Shown here piece after piece: positions 12,671-22,982 of a stretch of DNA of 64,000 bases; position 1 is the stretch's first letter; every line of letters begins with the position of its first letter. A program made the translations under genes and the position numbers. The stretch lies in NCBI GenBank assembly GCA_964016885.1, contig OZ024743.1:47864001-47928000 (forward strand), written 5' to 3'. The notes under the pieces were generated by a model that made no database searches, was not told the DNA's origin, and saw only the letters and a program-made list of their open reading frames with translations. The stretch comes from Eledone cirrhosa. Its lineage: Eukaryota.

Positions 12671-13007
12671 TATATATATATATATGGGGTGGGTGACAGG
12701 CTCTCACATCAAATTTCACTCACAATAAGTTACACAATCTGGAACCTCACGTCTGTGAAGTGAACTTCTTCACCACACAGCTATACATACAATCATGGCT
12801 ACAGTAATAAATGGTTGTATTAATGAATATATAAGAAGTTAGTATTTATCAAGAAGAGAAAAACCTGTAAAGGTTATTAAAATGTCAATGAGAGGATGTT
12901 TTTCTACTTGGTCATCAGCCATGGAAATCTCAAAATATACTCTAAATATAAACATTTCTATTAAATTTGTTTGCCCTCTCGTCCTCCTCCTTCTAAATCA
13001 TGATGAT

Positions 13008-13051
13008 GATCACCACCACCACCACCACACACCATCACCATCACCACCACC

Positions 13052-13082
<31 letters not shown>

Positions 13083-13477
13083 CCACCACCACCACCATCA
13101 TCGTCATCATCCTCATCACCACCACCACCACCATCATCATCATCACCACCACCACCACCACCATCATCACCACCATCACCACCATCATCACCACCATCAT
13201 CACCATCATCATCACCATCATCACCACCACCATCATCATCATTGTCATCACCACCACCACCACCACCATCATCATCATCACCATCATCACCATCATCACC
13301 ATCACCACCACCATCATCATCATCACCACCACTACTACCACCACCACCACCACCACCATCATCATCACCATCATCACCACCATCATCATCACCATCACCA
13401 CCACCACCATCATCATCACCATCATCTCCATCACCATCGCCACCACCATCATCATCATCACCATCACCACCACCACC

Positions 13478-13532
<55 letters not shown>

Positions 13533-13700
13533 CCACCACCACCATCATCATCATAATCATCATCACCATAATCATCATCACCATCATCATCATCACCATC
13601 GTCGTCATCGTTTTTTTATGTCCACATTTCCATGCATGGGTTAAGTGAAACTTTTTTGAAATTTCTCTACAGCCAGATGTTCTTCTTGATTTCAACTCTT
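13008..13700 (-). repeat. ~600-bp compound (CAT/CAC)n microsatellite, the expanded (GAT)n tail of an RTE-tailed element on the minus strand
   Basis: The array abuts gtccacatttccatgcatgggttaag, the reverse complement of the RTE terminal motif aacccatgc...tggaa...ggac. Confidence 0.8.
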
Positions 13701-14000
13701 ACTTATTTTTAAGTATGGAAACTTATTCTATTGGAATTCACTATGTTGTACTGTTGAGCTGCAGGACATATTGCTTATGTAGGATATAAACAAACAGCAA
13801 CAACTGCCCAAGTTAAGGCAAATATACACACAGACACACACTCACCGACACACAGACACACACGCCTATACAATACTCACACACACACACATACACACAC
13901 ACAGAAATTACAATTACAAGCTGTTAATTAGCTTTTAATGCTTTCATTGTCATATTTCTAATGAAATATGTTATCTATGCTTTTCAATTAATTTCGTAAA

Positions 14001-14185
14001 TAATTGTTTCTACTATTGGCACAAGGCCAGCAATGACCCAGTACATTACTGGTACTTTATTTTATCGACCCCGTAAGGATGAAAGGCAAAGTTAACCTCG
14101 GCGGGATTTGAACTCAAAATGACAATGGCCGTAACTCTATGTGTCAAAGCATGGTGTCCAACCCTCTACTGATACTGCCAATTCA
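14001..14185 (-). mobile_element. Meta-domain SINE
   Basis: actggtactttattttatcgaccccgtaaggatgaaaggcaaagttaacctcggcgggatttgaactc is the reverse complement of the family at 10026 and 34705. Confidence 0.8.
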
Positions 14186-14237
14186 CCCGTAAATAATGAA
14201 CTATTTGAATGGCTTTAGTAAATAACCACATTATTAA

Positions 14238-14457
14238 CCCTTTAACATTTACATTACTCTATATATACTATTATATTTTCATGGTAAAGTCTTTATATCA
14301 TGGTTAGAATGTCTTAGGAGAGAATCGCTGGATAGTTGATATTATCTATTTTGAGGACAATAACTTATTGTAGATATGAGTGGCCAATTACAGCCAGTTT
14401 ACATAGAAAGGGGTGAGAAAATTCTGGCTGGATACAGCCGGTTTAAATGCTAATGGG
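14238..14457. mobile_element. piggyBac-type MITE
   Basis: TTAA at 14234-14237 and 14458-14461. TIRs CCCTTTA(A/G)CATTTA / TAAATGCTAA(T/A)GGG. Homologous to copies at 18594 and 28551. Confidence 0.85.
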
Positions 14458-14609
14458 TTAAGCTACCATTTAGCTCATAACTGAGGAAAGATATTCTCCC
14501 ATAACATTATATTTCATTTAAATATGCTGCGTGCATTTCTATAAAGTGGTAGTGCTGGTGTAATGATAAAAATACCCAATTTACTATGTTAGGTGGTAGT
14601 GGTGGTGCC

Positions 14610-14824
14610 ACCATAAAATGCATCCAGTGCATGCTGTGAAGGGGTTAGCATTAGGAAGGACATTCAGATATAGAAACCATGCCCAAATAGAGTGTATGAG
14701 CAAGATGCAGTCATCTGACAAGTTTGGCTTCAGAACTTGACAATCCATTTAATCCATGCAAGCATGGAAACTATAGGTAAAACAGTGATACTGTTGCTGA
14801 TGATGATGATGATGATGATGATGA
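14610..14824 (+). mobile_element. SINE or non-autonomous element with RTE-type 3' module
   Basis: ttaggaaggacattcagatatagaaacc ... aatccatgcaagcatggaaa ... (GAT)n tail. Confidence 0.65.
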
Positions 14825-15246
14825 ATATTTAAAAACAAGACTTCTGTAATCATAGGGCTGGGGCAGTTTTGGTGGGTTGATATCAAAAGGGTTAATAAGT
14901 ATACACATGTATAAATTTATGTATAGGTCCACCTCTATATGCAATTATATCCATGCTAACTTACATGAGTGAGCCTGGTATAGATGTATAGTTACATATA
15001 CACATAATTGATATTGTCTGAATTCTGGATTAAAAAACCGGTTTTTTCTCTATTAGTGAGAACGTATTAAAATAAAATCAGATCAGAAGAGCATACATAC
15101 ATACACACATACATACTTACATATACATACATGCATGCATACATACATACATACATATATACATACATACATACATATATACATACCTACATGCATACAT
15201 ACATACACACATACACACATACATACATATATACATATATACATAC

Positions 15247-16700
15247 ATCACCTTCAGATTTATGCCTGTGATTATTGGGGCACTGGGGTATAAAATAATA
15301 ATGAAAATACTGTGTACAGTACTCAGATGCACTACAACTCATCAAAAGTGTATGTATAGTACATAGGGTAATGTACAAACGTCAGGAAAATGAACAGTGC
15401 ATGAGTCATGATATACACGTGTGCATGTGTATGGAAGAGGTACATCAGGTGTAGTTTTGGCGAATTTCAGGAAGCATAAGGGTTTTAAAGGATGCAGTGT
15501 CTCGGCAGCTAACAACTGATCCAGACAGTTTGTTCCATGCTTCAGCAACTCTAAGCATGAAAAAATGTTTCTGAAACTCATGGGAGCTGTGCTGTTTTCT
15601 GACTTTGTAGGCATGTCCACGTGTGTTAGATACATGGAGATCAAAAAGGTGCTCAGGGTTGTTGTTGGCGAGATGGTTAATAACTTTGTGGGTGTTTACC
15701 AAGTCCATTGCCAGACGTCAGAGCTTCAATGAACCCATGCCCAGGGAAGCAAGGCGTTCAGAGTATGGTAGGTGTCTGATGGAGGGTATGCGCTTGGTTG
15801 CACGTCTCTGAACAGTTTCCAGGAAGTCAATGTTCTGAGCAAGATAGGGGTTCCAGACTGATGATGCGAATTCCAAGTGTGGTCGTACCATAGCTGTATA
15901 CAGCTTTAAATAGATGGCTGGAGAGCGGCTAACAAAGGTCTTGCTGAGTGATGCCAAGACACCCTCGGCCTTCTTGACAATCTTAGAGACGTGCTTTGTC
16001 CAACGCAAATCGCTGCTGACAGTAATGCCCAGGTCACGTTCACAAGAGGAATTCTTGATATCAGTGTTGTGGAGGGAGTATGTGGACGCTGGATTTTTCC
16101 TCCCAAAATGCATGGTGGTACACTTGTCCACAGCTAGCTTCAGTTGCCAGTCTGTGATCCATTGCTGCATTGTGTTCAGGTCTGATTGTAGGAAAAAGTT
16201 GTAGATTTCAGGATAAGTCCTTTTGATTTCAAGGTACAGCTTGATGTCATCTGCATATTTCAGTACCGTGGCATTCTTTAAGTTTGCATTTATGTCATTA
16301 ATATATGCCACAAACAAATGTTAGTAACTGCCTCAATACAAATCTTGAGAAGCTAGGCTTCACAGGAACAGAGAGAACACAACTAGTTAGGAAATTACAA
16401 GTACAATCCATTAATGGAACAGTAAAAATATGTAAAACATTCCAAAAAATTTTGCATCTAATAACTGCATATACACATGTACAGATACAAAGCAAATACA
16501 CATGCACACATACAACTCAAAACATACACATCCACACATAAAATAACATCCATATCTACACACACACATGCCTGCAGACATACATACATATCTACCTAGT
16601 TGATGTTGTGTAAATTCCAATCAGAGAGTCTTGTATCTATGTTATAAACCGACTCTCTCTTTATTGGGAAAAATTTGTGAAATTATAAAACCAGAAGAAC
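15247..16700 (+). mobile_element. 3' fragment of an R4/Dong-like (RLE endonuclease) non-LTR retrotransposon, split by a CR1/L2 insertion and embedded in (ACAT)n
   Basis: 15247-15291 reads ITFRFMPVIIGALGY and continues in frame at 16320 as VSNCLNTNLEKLGFTGTERTQLVRKLQVQSINGTVKICKTF, resembling the RLE C-terminal pattern P-IIGALG...GT..I. (ACAT)n lies on both sides (15092-15246, 16700-16797). Confidence 0.7.
15292..16319 (-). mobile_element. 5'-truncated CR1/L2-clade LINE (RT YADD, ORF2 C-terminus, 3'UTR, (TAT)n tail)
   Basis: FVAYIND...LKYADDIKL...WQLKLAVDKC...ERDLGI...VRPHLEFASSVWNP...VQRRATK...WNKL, typical CR1/L2 RT motifs. Confidence 0.92.
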
Positions 16701-16804
16701 ATACATACATACATACATACAAAGATACATACATATATACATATGTACATACATACATACATACATACATACATACATACATACATACATACATACACAC
16801 ATAT

Positions 16805-17125
16805 ATGATTGCTGCCCCCTCGTTATCGAGTATGGCCATTGCACGATATACCATTATTAATAATTATTAATTAATTCTATCGTGCAATGCCTGTGCGTGA
16901 AGAGATTTTTTTAAATTGAGGAAAGACTGTGCCCTGAACCAATCCCACTCTCTGAGTGACAGTAGCTATAACCCGAAAAGAAGAAAAGATCAACATCATC
17001 GGTAACTACTGAGCCGCAGGTTTTATATCGGAGTTATCCCAGTTTCCTGAGTTGCCTTCTCCTAGAAGTATGCCCTGACAAAGGCTAGGGGTCCTTCACT
17101 CCCAGTGGTTGAACCGCGCGATCGG
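16805..17125 (-). mobile_element. Probable non-autonomous RTE-related element (degenerate)
   Basis: The termini gctgccccctcgttatcgagtatggccat and gcaggttttatatcggagtt...ccttctcctag...aaggctag resemble RTE/BovB-type ends from memory. Internal hairpin cattgcacgata/tatcgtgcaatg. Confidence 0.4.
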
Positions 17126-17604
17126 GTGTCCAGCAAATACGTATACACAATCATACGCGAAAACACTTACCATGGGTATACAAAACCACGCACATATAAA
17201 TATGTGTGTGTGTGTATGCGTGTATACAAATAAATAAATAATTAAATAAACGTATATAAATAAATAAATACGTATATAACAAGCACACACACATACCTAC
17301 ATGTAAATACACAAATGTTCGGGGACGTAAGTCAACCAAAACATGAAATACACACACCCTACATACGTACGAACCTGCATACACACACAGACGCAAAACT
17401 CCCGTATACACATAACCAAACCATATGTACCAGAATATATTAAATTATACGTCATAACATATACAATCAATTATACGTACGAGAAGGTATACGTACCTTC
17501 ACAAAACATACAAACAAAACATATACTTAGCTACCACATCAAGACGTAAAATATCCACGTATAGATCGTACTAATATATATATTAATAGAATTAGAATAT
17601 ATAT

Positions 17605-18024
17605 ATAGAATTAGAATTTAGCTTCGAACATAGCTATATACAGATATGTATTAAAATTTCATATTTCTAAAGAAATATGGTATGTTTATGAATAAACATT
17701 TAGAAAGCTGTAGCTATGCAAAAACACCAGCAGCTATCATCATCTTGTGGTGTCCAGCAGAAGCAAGGGGACAATCGTGGATGCACATTTCGAACTGAAC
17801 TGGTTCTCATCAGAACAATCCCTCCCTACCTCTCTTGCAACTGCTGGACTTTGAAAACAGGCGAGAATATATAGTTTTCTCATCTGTGTAAATGAGGTGA
17901 TTAATCTCATTTGCATATGAAGCTGTGTAAGTTGGCTCAACTTATAATAGAATAGAATTAGAATTTAGCTTCGAACATAGCTGTATACAGATATGTATTG
18001 GAATTTCGTATTTCTAAAGAAATA
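17605..18024. repeat. 73-bp direct repeats (17605-17677, 17952-18024) bracketing a hammerhead-bearing insert
   Basis: atagaattagaatttagcttcgaacatagct(a/g)tatacagatatgtatt...tttctaaagaaata occurs twice, with 4 mismatches. Confidence 0.85.
17768..17826 (-). ncRNA. Type I hammerhead ribozyme (Penelope-like pLTR type)
   Basis: Minus-strand RNA: GAUUGU-U-CUGAUGA-GAAC(caguuca)GUUC-GAAA-UGUGCA-UC^-C-ACGAUU. Core intact, 4-bp stem II with G-C closing pair, short near-palindromic stem III, AUC site. Stem I has one mismatch next to the core and a GGGA/UCCC extension. Confidence 0.72.
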
Positions 18025-18479
18025 CCTAGCTTCTCTGGGAATGGCCTCTACTACCCCCATTTTTCTAGTCTTTCCATACCTGTCTCCTGGCTTTAATGGC
18101 TCTAATTACTGTGCTGCTCCACTATAAGGTTACCCTCTCTCTGGTTGAGGCTTTTCTCTAGCTACAAGTCTCATCACTAGTCTGTAGTAGTTTGTCATTT
18201 AAGAACTTTCAATTGTCCTCTATGCTATGTGTATCTGATTCATCTTCCTTCTCATATGCCTCAAGTAAAGTTTTCCTGAACCTATACTTAACAGAAAGGT
18301 CCTTTAGCCTCCAAACTCTCCTATAGTACCCAAGGAGTTATGCAGAGTGGTTGAACTTGAACCCACATGGGTGTGAATCAAACTCTTGAACTGTACAGCT
18401 ATACCTATGCCTGAATTATTAGAATATTTAAAATCTGATTCACAGTTTAGCTTCATTCCATCTACAAGAATGTCTTATA

Positions 18480-18832
18480 ATCTTTTATTATAGGAATACT
18501 GAAGTAATCCCAGAACTTGACTAATACTTAATTTATTAACCTTGGAAAGCTGAAAGAGGATGAAAGGTAAAGGTGAACTCGACAAGATTTTAACCCTTTA
18601 GCATTTACATTACTCTATATTTCCTATTGTATTTTCACTGTAAAGTCTTTATCTTACATAATTATCTCACATAATATCGACTTCATGGGATTTTGATATT
18701 ATTTATTTTGAGAACAATACCTTAATATCGGTATGGGAGAGTGGGCAGTTACGGCCAGTTTGAACAGAAAAAGGTAAAAATATTCTGGCTGGATATGGCC
18801 GGTTTAAATGCTAAAGGGTTAAACTCAAAATA
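18480..18832 (-). mobile_element. Meta-domain SINE interrupted in its B-box region by a piggyBac MITE
   Basis: ggatgaaaggtaaaggtgaactcgacaagatt-TTAA[MITE]TTAA-actcaaaat, compared with intact gggatttgaactcaaaat at 14103-14120. Confidence 0.7.
18594..18818. mobile_element. piggyBac-type MITE
   Basis: TTAA TSD at 18590-18593 and 18819-18822. Perfect TIR CCCTTTAGCATTTA / TAAATGCTAAAGGG. Confidence 0.9.
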
Positions 18833-18860
18833 TTCAAGTGCCATAACTAAAATAATGATA

Positions 18861-19008
18861 ATAATTTCTAATATAAGCACAAAGCTGCAAATCCAAGGTG
18901 AGGGCCAAGTCGATTAAATTGACCCAAGTACATGACTTGTATTTTAATTTATTGAACCTGAAAGGATGATAGACAGAGTTGATATCAGCAGGATTTGAAC
19001 TCAAAATG
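18861..19008 (-). mobile_element. Meta-domain SINE (diverged)
   Basis: gcacaaagctgcaa...aagtcgattaaattgacccaagtacatgacttgtattttaatttattg...aaggatga...ggatttgaactcaaaatg. Confidence 0.7.
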
Positions 19009-19176
19009 TTTTTCTTCAAAAATAACGATTCTTAAATATACAGATATACATACACATATACATATACACACGCACATTGAAATAAGTTTCGATTTGTAAG
19101 TTTTGAATCATAATTAAAATTGTATTGAATTCTTCAATGAGGTGTGATTTACTATCCTGATTATTACCCCCCTCCC

Positions 19177-19209
<33 letters not shown>

Positions 19210-19228
19210 GGATTTGCTTCGAAATCAC

Positions 19229-19326
19229 TAGATGTATCTGAGGAACTTGCGAATCCAGAGTCAGGTTCGATCCACAAATAGATCACACCTCGAGCTGTTC
19301 GCCGCAGAAACAATTGCAATACGCTA
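19229..19326 (+). ncRNA. Degenerate hammerhead ribozyme with long stem II, in a Penelope-like remnant (~19210-19475)
   Basis: UAG-A-UGUAU-CUGAGGA...GCGAA..UUCGC..GAAA-CAAUUG-CA-AUACG-CUA. Stem I and palindromic stem III are present, but U16.1 is C. Followed by tattatactc...gagtgctc. Confidence 0.5.
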
Positions 19327-19616
19327 ATAAATTGTGTTCCAATGCATCACCGATTCTGAGCTTTCCATATTATTATACTCTGCTCCGAAGAAGCATCGAG
19401 TGCTCAACTGGCATACCACCTATGGACGCAACCAAGCTTATAAATATCATCCTTGTTTAACATCCAATTCCCCTCTATATATGTAGGTGAGATGCTACTA
19501 ATTAAGACCAGTAAAATTTAGTACTCCATATCTAAGGAAATTTTAGTGTAGCTATTATTATTATAGGAGCTAATTCCCAACAGTCAAACTTAAACCCCCC
19601 AAAAGTAGCCATTATA

Positions 19617-19975
19617 TGTCATCATCATCATCATCGGTTAACATCTATCTTCCACGCTAGCATGGGTTAGACGGGAGTTGTCCCATTTGAGGAAAAGATT
19701 GGTCAGGTGATTGTGTCTCGCTCGTATGGGACTGTCTGGCAGGTTTTCTACTGCTGGATGCCCTTCCTAACACCAACCACATTTACAGTGTGGACTGGGA
19801 GCTTTTTACCGTGTTACCTACACGGCCACATTACAGCGTGGACTGTGTGTTTTTTTGTCGTGACACCTACTTGATCTCATTAATTTGGACTGGATGTTGT
19901 GGTACCAACATAACTTTACAGAGAAAGAGGTGGTGTTGGTGGGGGTGGAAGGATGGAGTAGGGGTAGTGGGTTGG
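19617..19975 (-). mobile_element. RTE 3'UTR fragment
   Basis: Reverse complement of the 3'UTR at 11935-12260 and 38120-38460. (CAT)n tail at the left end. Confidence 0.88.
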
Positions 19976-20045
19976 TGATGGTAGGCTATGTTGATGATAG
20001 ATAGTGATGATGATGACAATAAAGGTAATGAAAGATATAGTATCT

Positions 20046-21757
20046 AGAATAAGGACGAGTTGGAAGAAGTTTAGGGAGCTGCTTCCTCTATAATAATAAT
20101 GAAATTATTGTGTACAGTGCTCAGGTGCACTACAACTCGTCAAAGGTGCATGTATAGTACATAGAATAATATACAAATGTCAGGGAAGTGAATAGTGTAT
20201 GAGTCATGATATACAGTTGTGTATGTGTATGGAGGGGGAATATTAGGTGTAGTGTTGGCGAATCTCAGGAAGCATGGAGATTTTAAAGGATGCAGTGTTT
20301 CGACAGCTAACAACTGATGCAGGTAGTTTGTTCCATGCTTCAGCAACTCTGAGCGTGAAAAAATGTTTCCAAAAGTCATGGGAACTGTGCTGTTTTCTGA
20401 CTTTGTAGGCATGCCCATGTGTGTTAGACACATGGAAATCAAAAAGGTACTCAGGGTTGTTGTTGGCGAGATGGTTAATAATTTTGTGGGTGTTTACCAA
20501 GTCAGTTGCCAGGCGTCGGAGCTTCAATGTATCCATGCCCAGGGAAGCAAGGCGTTTAGAATATGGTAGATGCCTGATGGAGGGTATTCGCTTGGTTGCA
20601 CGTCTCTGAAAAGTTTCTAGATGGTCAATGTTCTGAGCAAGATAGGGTTCCAGACTGGTGATGCAAATTCTAAGTGTGGCCGCACCATATCCCTGTACAG
20701 CTTTAAATAGATAGCTGGAGAGCGGCTGACAAAGGTCTTGCTGAGTGATGCTAAGACACCCTCGGCCTTATTGACAATTTTAGAGACGTGCTTCGTCCAA
20801 CGCAAATCGCTGCTGACCGTAATGCCCAGGTCACATTCACAGGAAGACTTCTTGATATTAGTGCTGTGGAGGGAGTATGTGGACGCTGGGTTTTTACTCC
20901 CCAAATGCATGGTGGTGCACTTGTCCACAGCTAGCTTGAGTTGCCAATCTGTGATCCATTGTTGCATTGTGTCCAGGTCAGACTGCAAGCAAGATCTATA
21001 GTGTTCAGGATCTGTCCTTTTTATCTCAAGGTACAGCTTGATGTCATCTGCATATTTCAGTACTGTGGTATCCCTTAAGTTGGCATCTATGTCATTAATA
21101 TATGCCACAAACAAAAGGGGGCCAAGAATAGATCCCTGTGGTACACCAGATGACATCTTATATGGTGAGGAATGCTGTCCCAGAACCGTGACTTCCTCTC
21201 TTCGACTGAGAATGAAGGACTTCAACCAGTTAAAAAGATCATCCTTCACACCCATTGCAGAGAGTCTGTTGACAAAGAAGGGTTTCTCCCTGCGTACGAA
21301 AGGACGGTTATTTGATGCCTGTGTGAGATGTGTGATGCTACATGGTAGTGAGACATGGGCAGCAACTGCAGAAGATATGCGACGGCTGGAGAGAAATGAA
21401 GCAAGTATGCTCCGTTGGATGTGCAATGCCAGTGTGCATGAACGACCAAGCATAGACCAGTTGAGAAAGAAACTGAGTATAAGAGGGATAAGTTGTGGTG
21501 TGTAGGAGAGAAGGCTGAGATGGTATGGACATGTGATGCGCATGGAGGATGATCGCTGGGTAAAGAAGTGCCAAGAAATCCCAGTAGAAGGAAGACGCAG
21601 TAGAAGAAGACCACGCAAAACATGGGCGGAGGTGGTGAGAGCAGACCTCAGAAACTCATGGAGGAGATGATGAAGGACTGTGACAAGTGGAGAGATGCTG
21701 TGCTGAATAGGACCCGTCCAACCCAAAAGCAGACGTAAAATGATGATGATGATGATG
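20046..21757 (+). mobile_element. 5'-truncated RTE LINE (second subfamily, short 3'UTR) split by a CR1/L2 insertion
   Basis: 20046-20089 reads RIRTSWKKFRELLP(L) and rejoins 21265+ as LLTKKGFSLRTKGRLFDACVRCVMLHGSETW...RRLRWYGHVMRM...RPRKTW. Ends acccgtccaacccaaaagcagacgtaaaa(tga)n. Confidence 0.88.
20090..21264 (-). mobile_element. 5'-truncated CR1/L2-clade LINE
   Basis: SGVPQGSILGPLLFVAYIND...KYADDIKL...VRPHLEFASPVWNP...AEAWNKLPASVVSC...PEIRQHYT*. (TAT)n tail and TCT duplicated at 20087-20089 and 21265-21267. Confidence 0.93.
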
Positions 21758-21794
21758 ATATATATATACATACACATATATATATTTTTATTAT

Positions 21795-21970
21795 ATATAA
21801 ACATGATTTCTACAAAACTAGAACTGTTTCAATCTTATGAAATCATCAGAAATGAAACAGCTTTAGTCCTGTAGAAGTCATTTCTATTTATAATAAAGTT
21901 GCCTGTACTCTATCAACGTATTGAGTACATTTTTAAACTGTGGTGACCCCCGACCCCACTTGAGAACTTA
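21795..21970. mobile_element. Fold-back Penelope-like pLTR remnant with degenerate hammerhead core
   Basis: Imperfect hairpin at 21803-21881. Minus strand has CTGATGA...GAAACAG, plus strand has GAAACAGCT. Followed by tgtactc...tattgagtac. Confidence 0.5.
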
Positions 21971-22031
21971 CATATATATATTATATATATATGTATGAAA
22001 TGATATTCTTGTATATATATATATATATATA

Positions 22032-22139
22032 CAGGATTTCCCCAAAAAATGTATACACACTTTGATTATCTGTACAGACAATATCAATTAGAATGTTGTT
22101 CAAGTGAGTATATATTTTGGGAGGACACCAAGTGTATAC

Positions 22140-22183
<44 letters not shown>

Positions 22184-22254
22184 CATACTTTGATTACCTG
22201 TACAGGCAATTAGAATGCTGTTCAAGTGTGTATATATTTTGGGACACACACCCA

Positions 22255-22258
<4 letters not shown>
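22032..22258. mobile_element. Small Tc1/mariner-type MITE in (TA)n, with a partial tandem second copy
   Basis: TA-cagga..tcccaaaaaatgtatacacactt ... aagtgagtatatattttggga..acacc..tg-TA inverted ends. The internal part is repeated at ~22181-22258. Confidence 0.55.
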
Positions 22259-22308
<50 letters not shown>

Positions 22309-22339
22309 ATGCATATTGCTTTTTACCAGGTGAGACGAC

Positions 22340-22425
22340 GTGAATAGAATTTGAAATTGCAAAAAGCATCTCTTGTAAGAGATCAGTGACAATGACGTAG
22401 TCAAGTAAAACAGCCAATCAAATTG
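22340..22425 (+). promoter_or_regulatory. Putative CKS proximal promoter (CHR-like TTTGAA 22350-22355, CRE-like TGACGT ~22393, CCAAT box CAGCCAATCA 22411-22420)
   Basis: The motifs lie 220-300 bp upstream of the ATG. NF-Y plus CHR is the known architecture of G2/M genes including mammalian CKS1B. TTTGAA is common in AT-rich DNA. Confidence 0.4.
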
Positions 22426-22642
22426 CAGAGAGTGCTGTTCAAAAAGCACCGGCCAGTCTTGCCCAGACTTGCTCTTAGTAACGTTTGCTTATCTTGCTGC
22501 TTGAATTTTTTAAAGTCTACTCTCACCTTACATTTTCTTTGTGAATATTCATATATTTGCATTATCATATCCTTTCAATTGGAAATCATCTGTGTAAATT
22601 CCACTAGTTTTTCCCCGTTGTTGTCAACGATATATTTGAAAT

Positions 22643-22707
22643 ATGACTAACTTTCAGAAACAGATATACTATTCAGAAAAATACAGCGATGAAAAATACG
22701 AATATCG
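22643..22707 (+). CDS. CKS1: Cyclin-dependent kinases regulatory subunit (Cks1/Suc1 family), coding exon 1
   Basis: MTNFQKQIYYSEKYSDEKYEY-R(cg|gtaagt), matching the CKS N-terminus KQIYYSDKY..EYR. Phase-2 intron as in human CKS1B. Confidence 0.95.
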
Positions 22708-22950
22708 GTAAGTAACTATCGATAATTCATCCTTATTTTAACACTTAGAATTTTCTATATCTGTCTATTATATGTATCTATATTACCATATTGTCTTTTA
22801 AACTCGATAAAATATGCACCTTTTTAAGAATTACCTTTACTACACCCGCCCCTCTCATTCTAATATATCTATATAAAATAAAATGAAAGATATTAAACAC
22901 ACACACACACATATATATATCGTATTTAATTATATTTATATGCGTGTTTA

Positions 22951-22982
<32 letters not shown>

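Noticed and set aside
12882-13695. Poly-His, Pro/Ser-rich and Met/Val-rich 214-244 aa ORFs
   Set aside because: All three are frames of the same CAT/CAC microsatellite, with no splice or domain support.
20617-21804. 395-aa RT ORF with a novel N-terminus, suggesting a chimeric element
   Set aside because: The N-terminal ~180 aa are the antisense of the host RTE and microsatellite. The fusion is a by-product of the nested insertion (TCT duplication).
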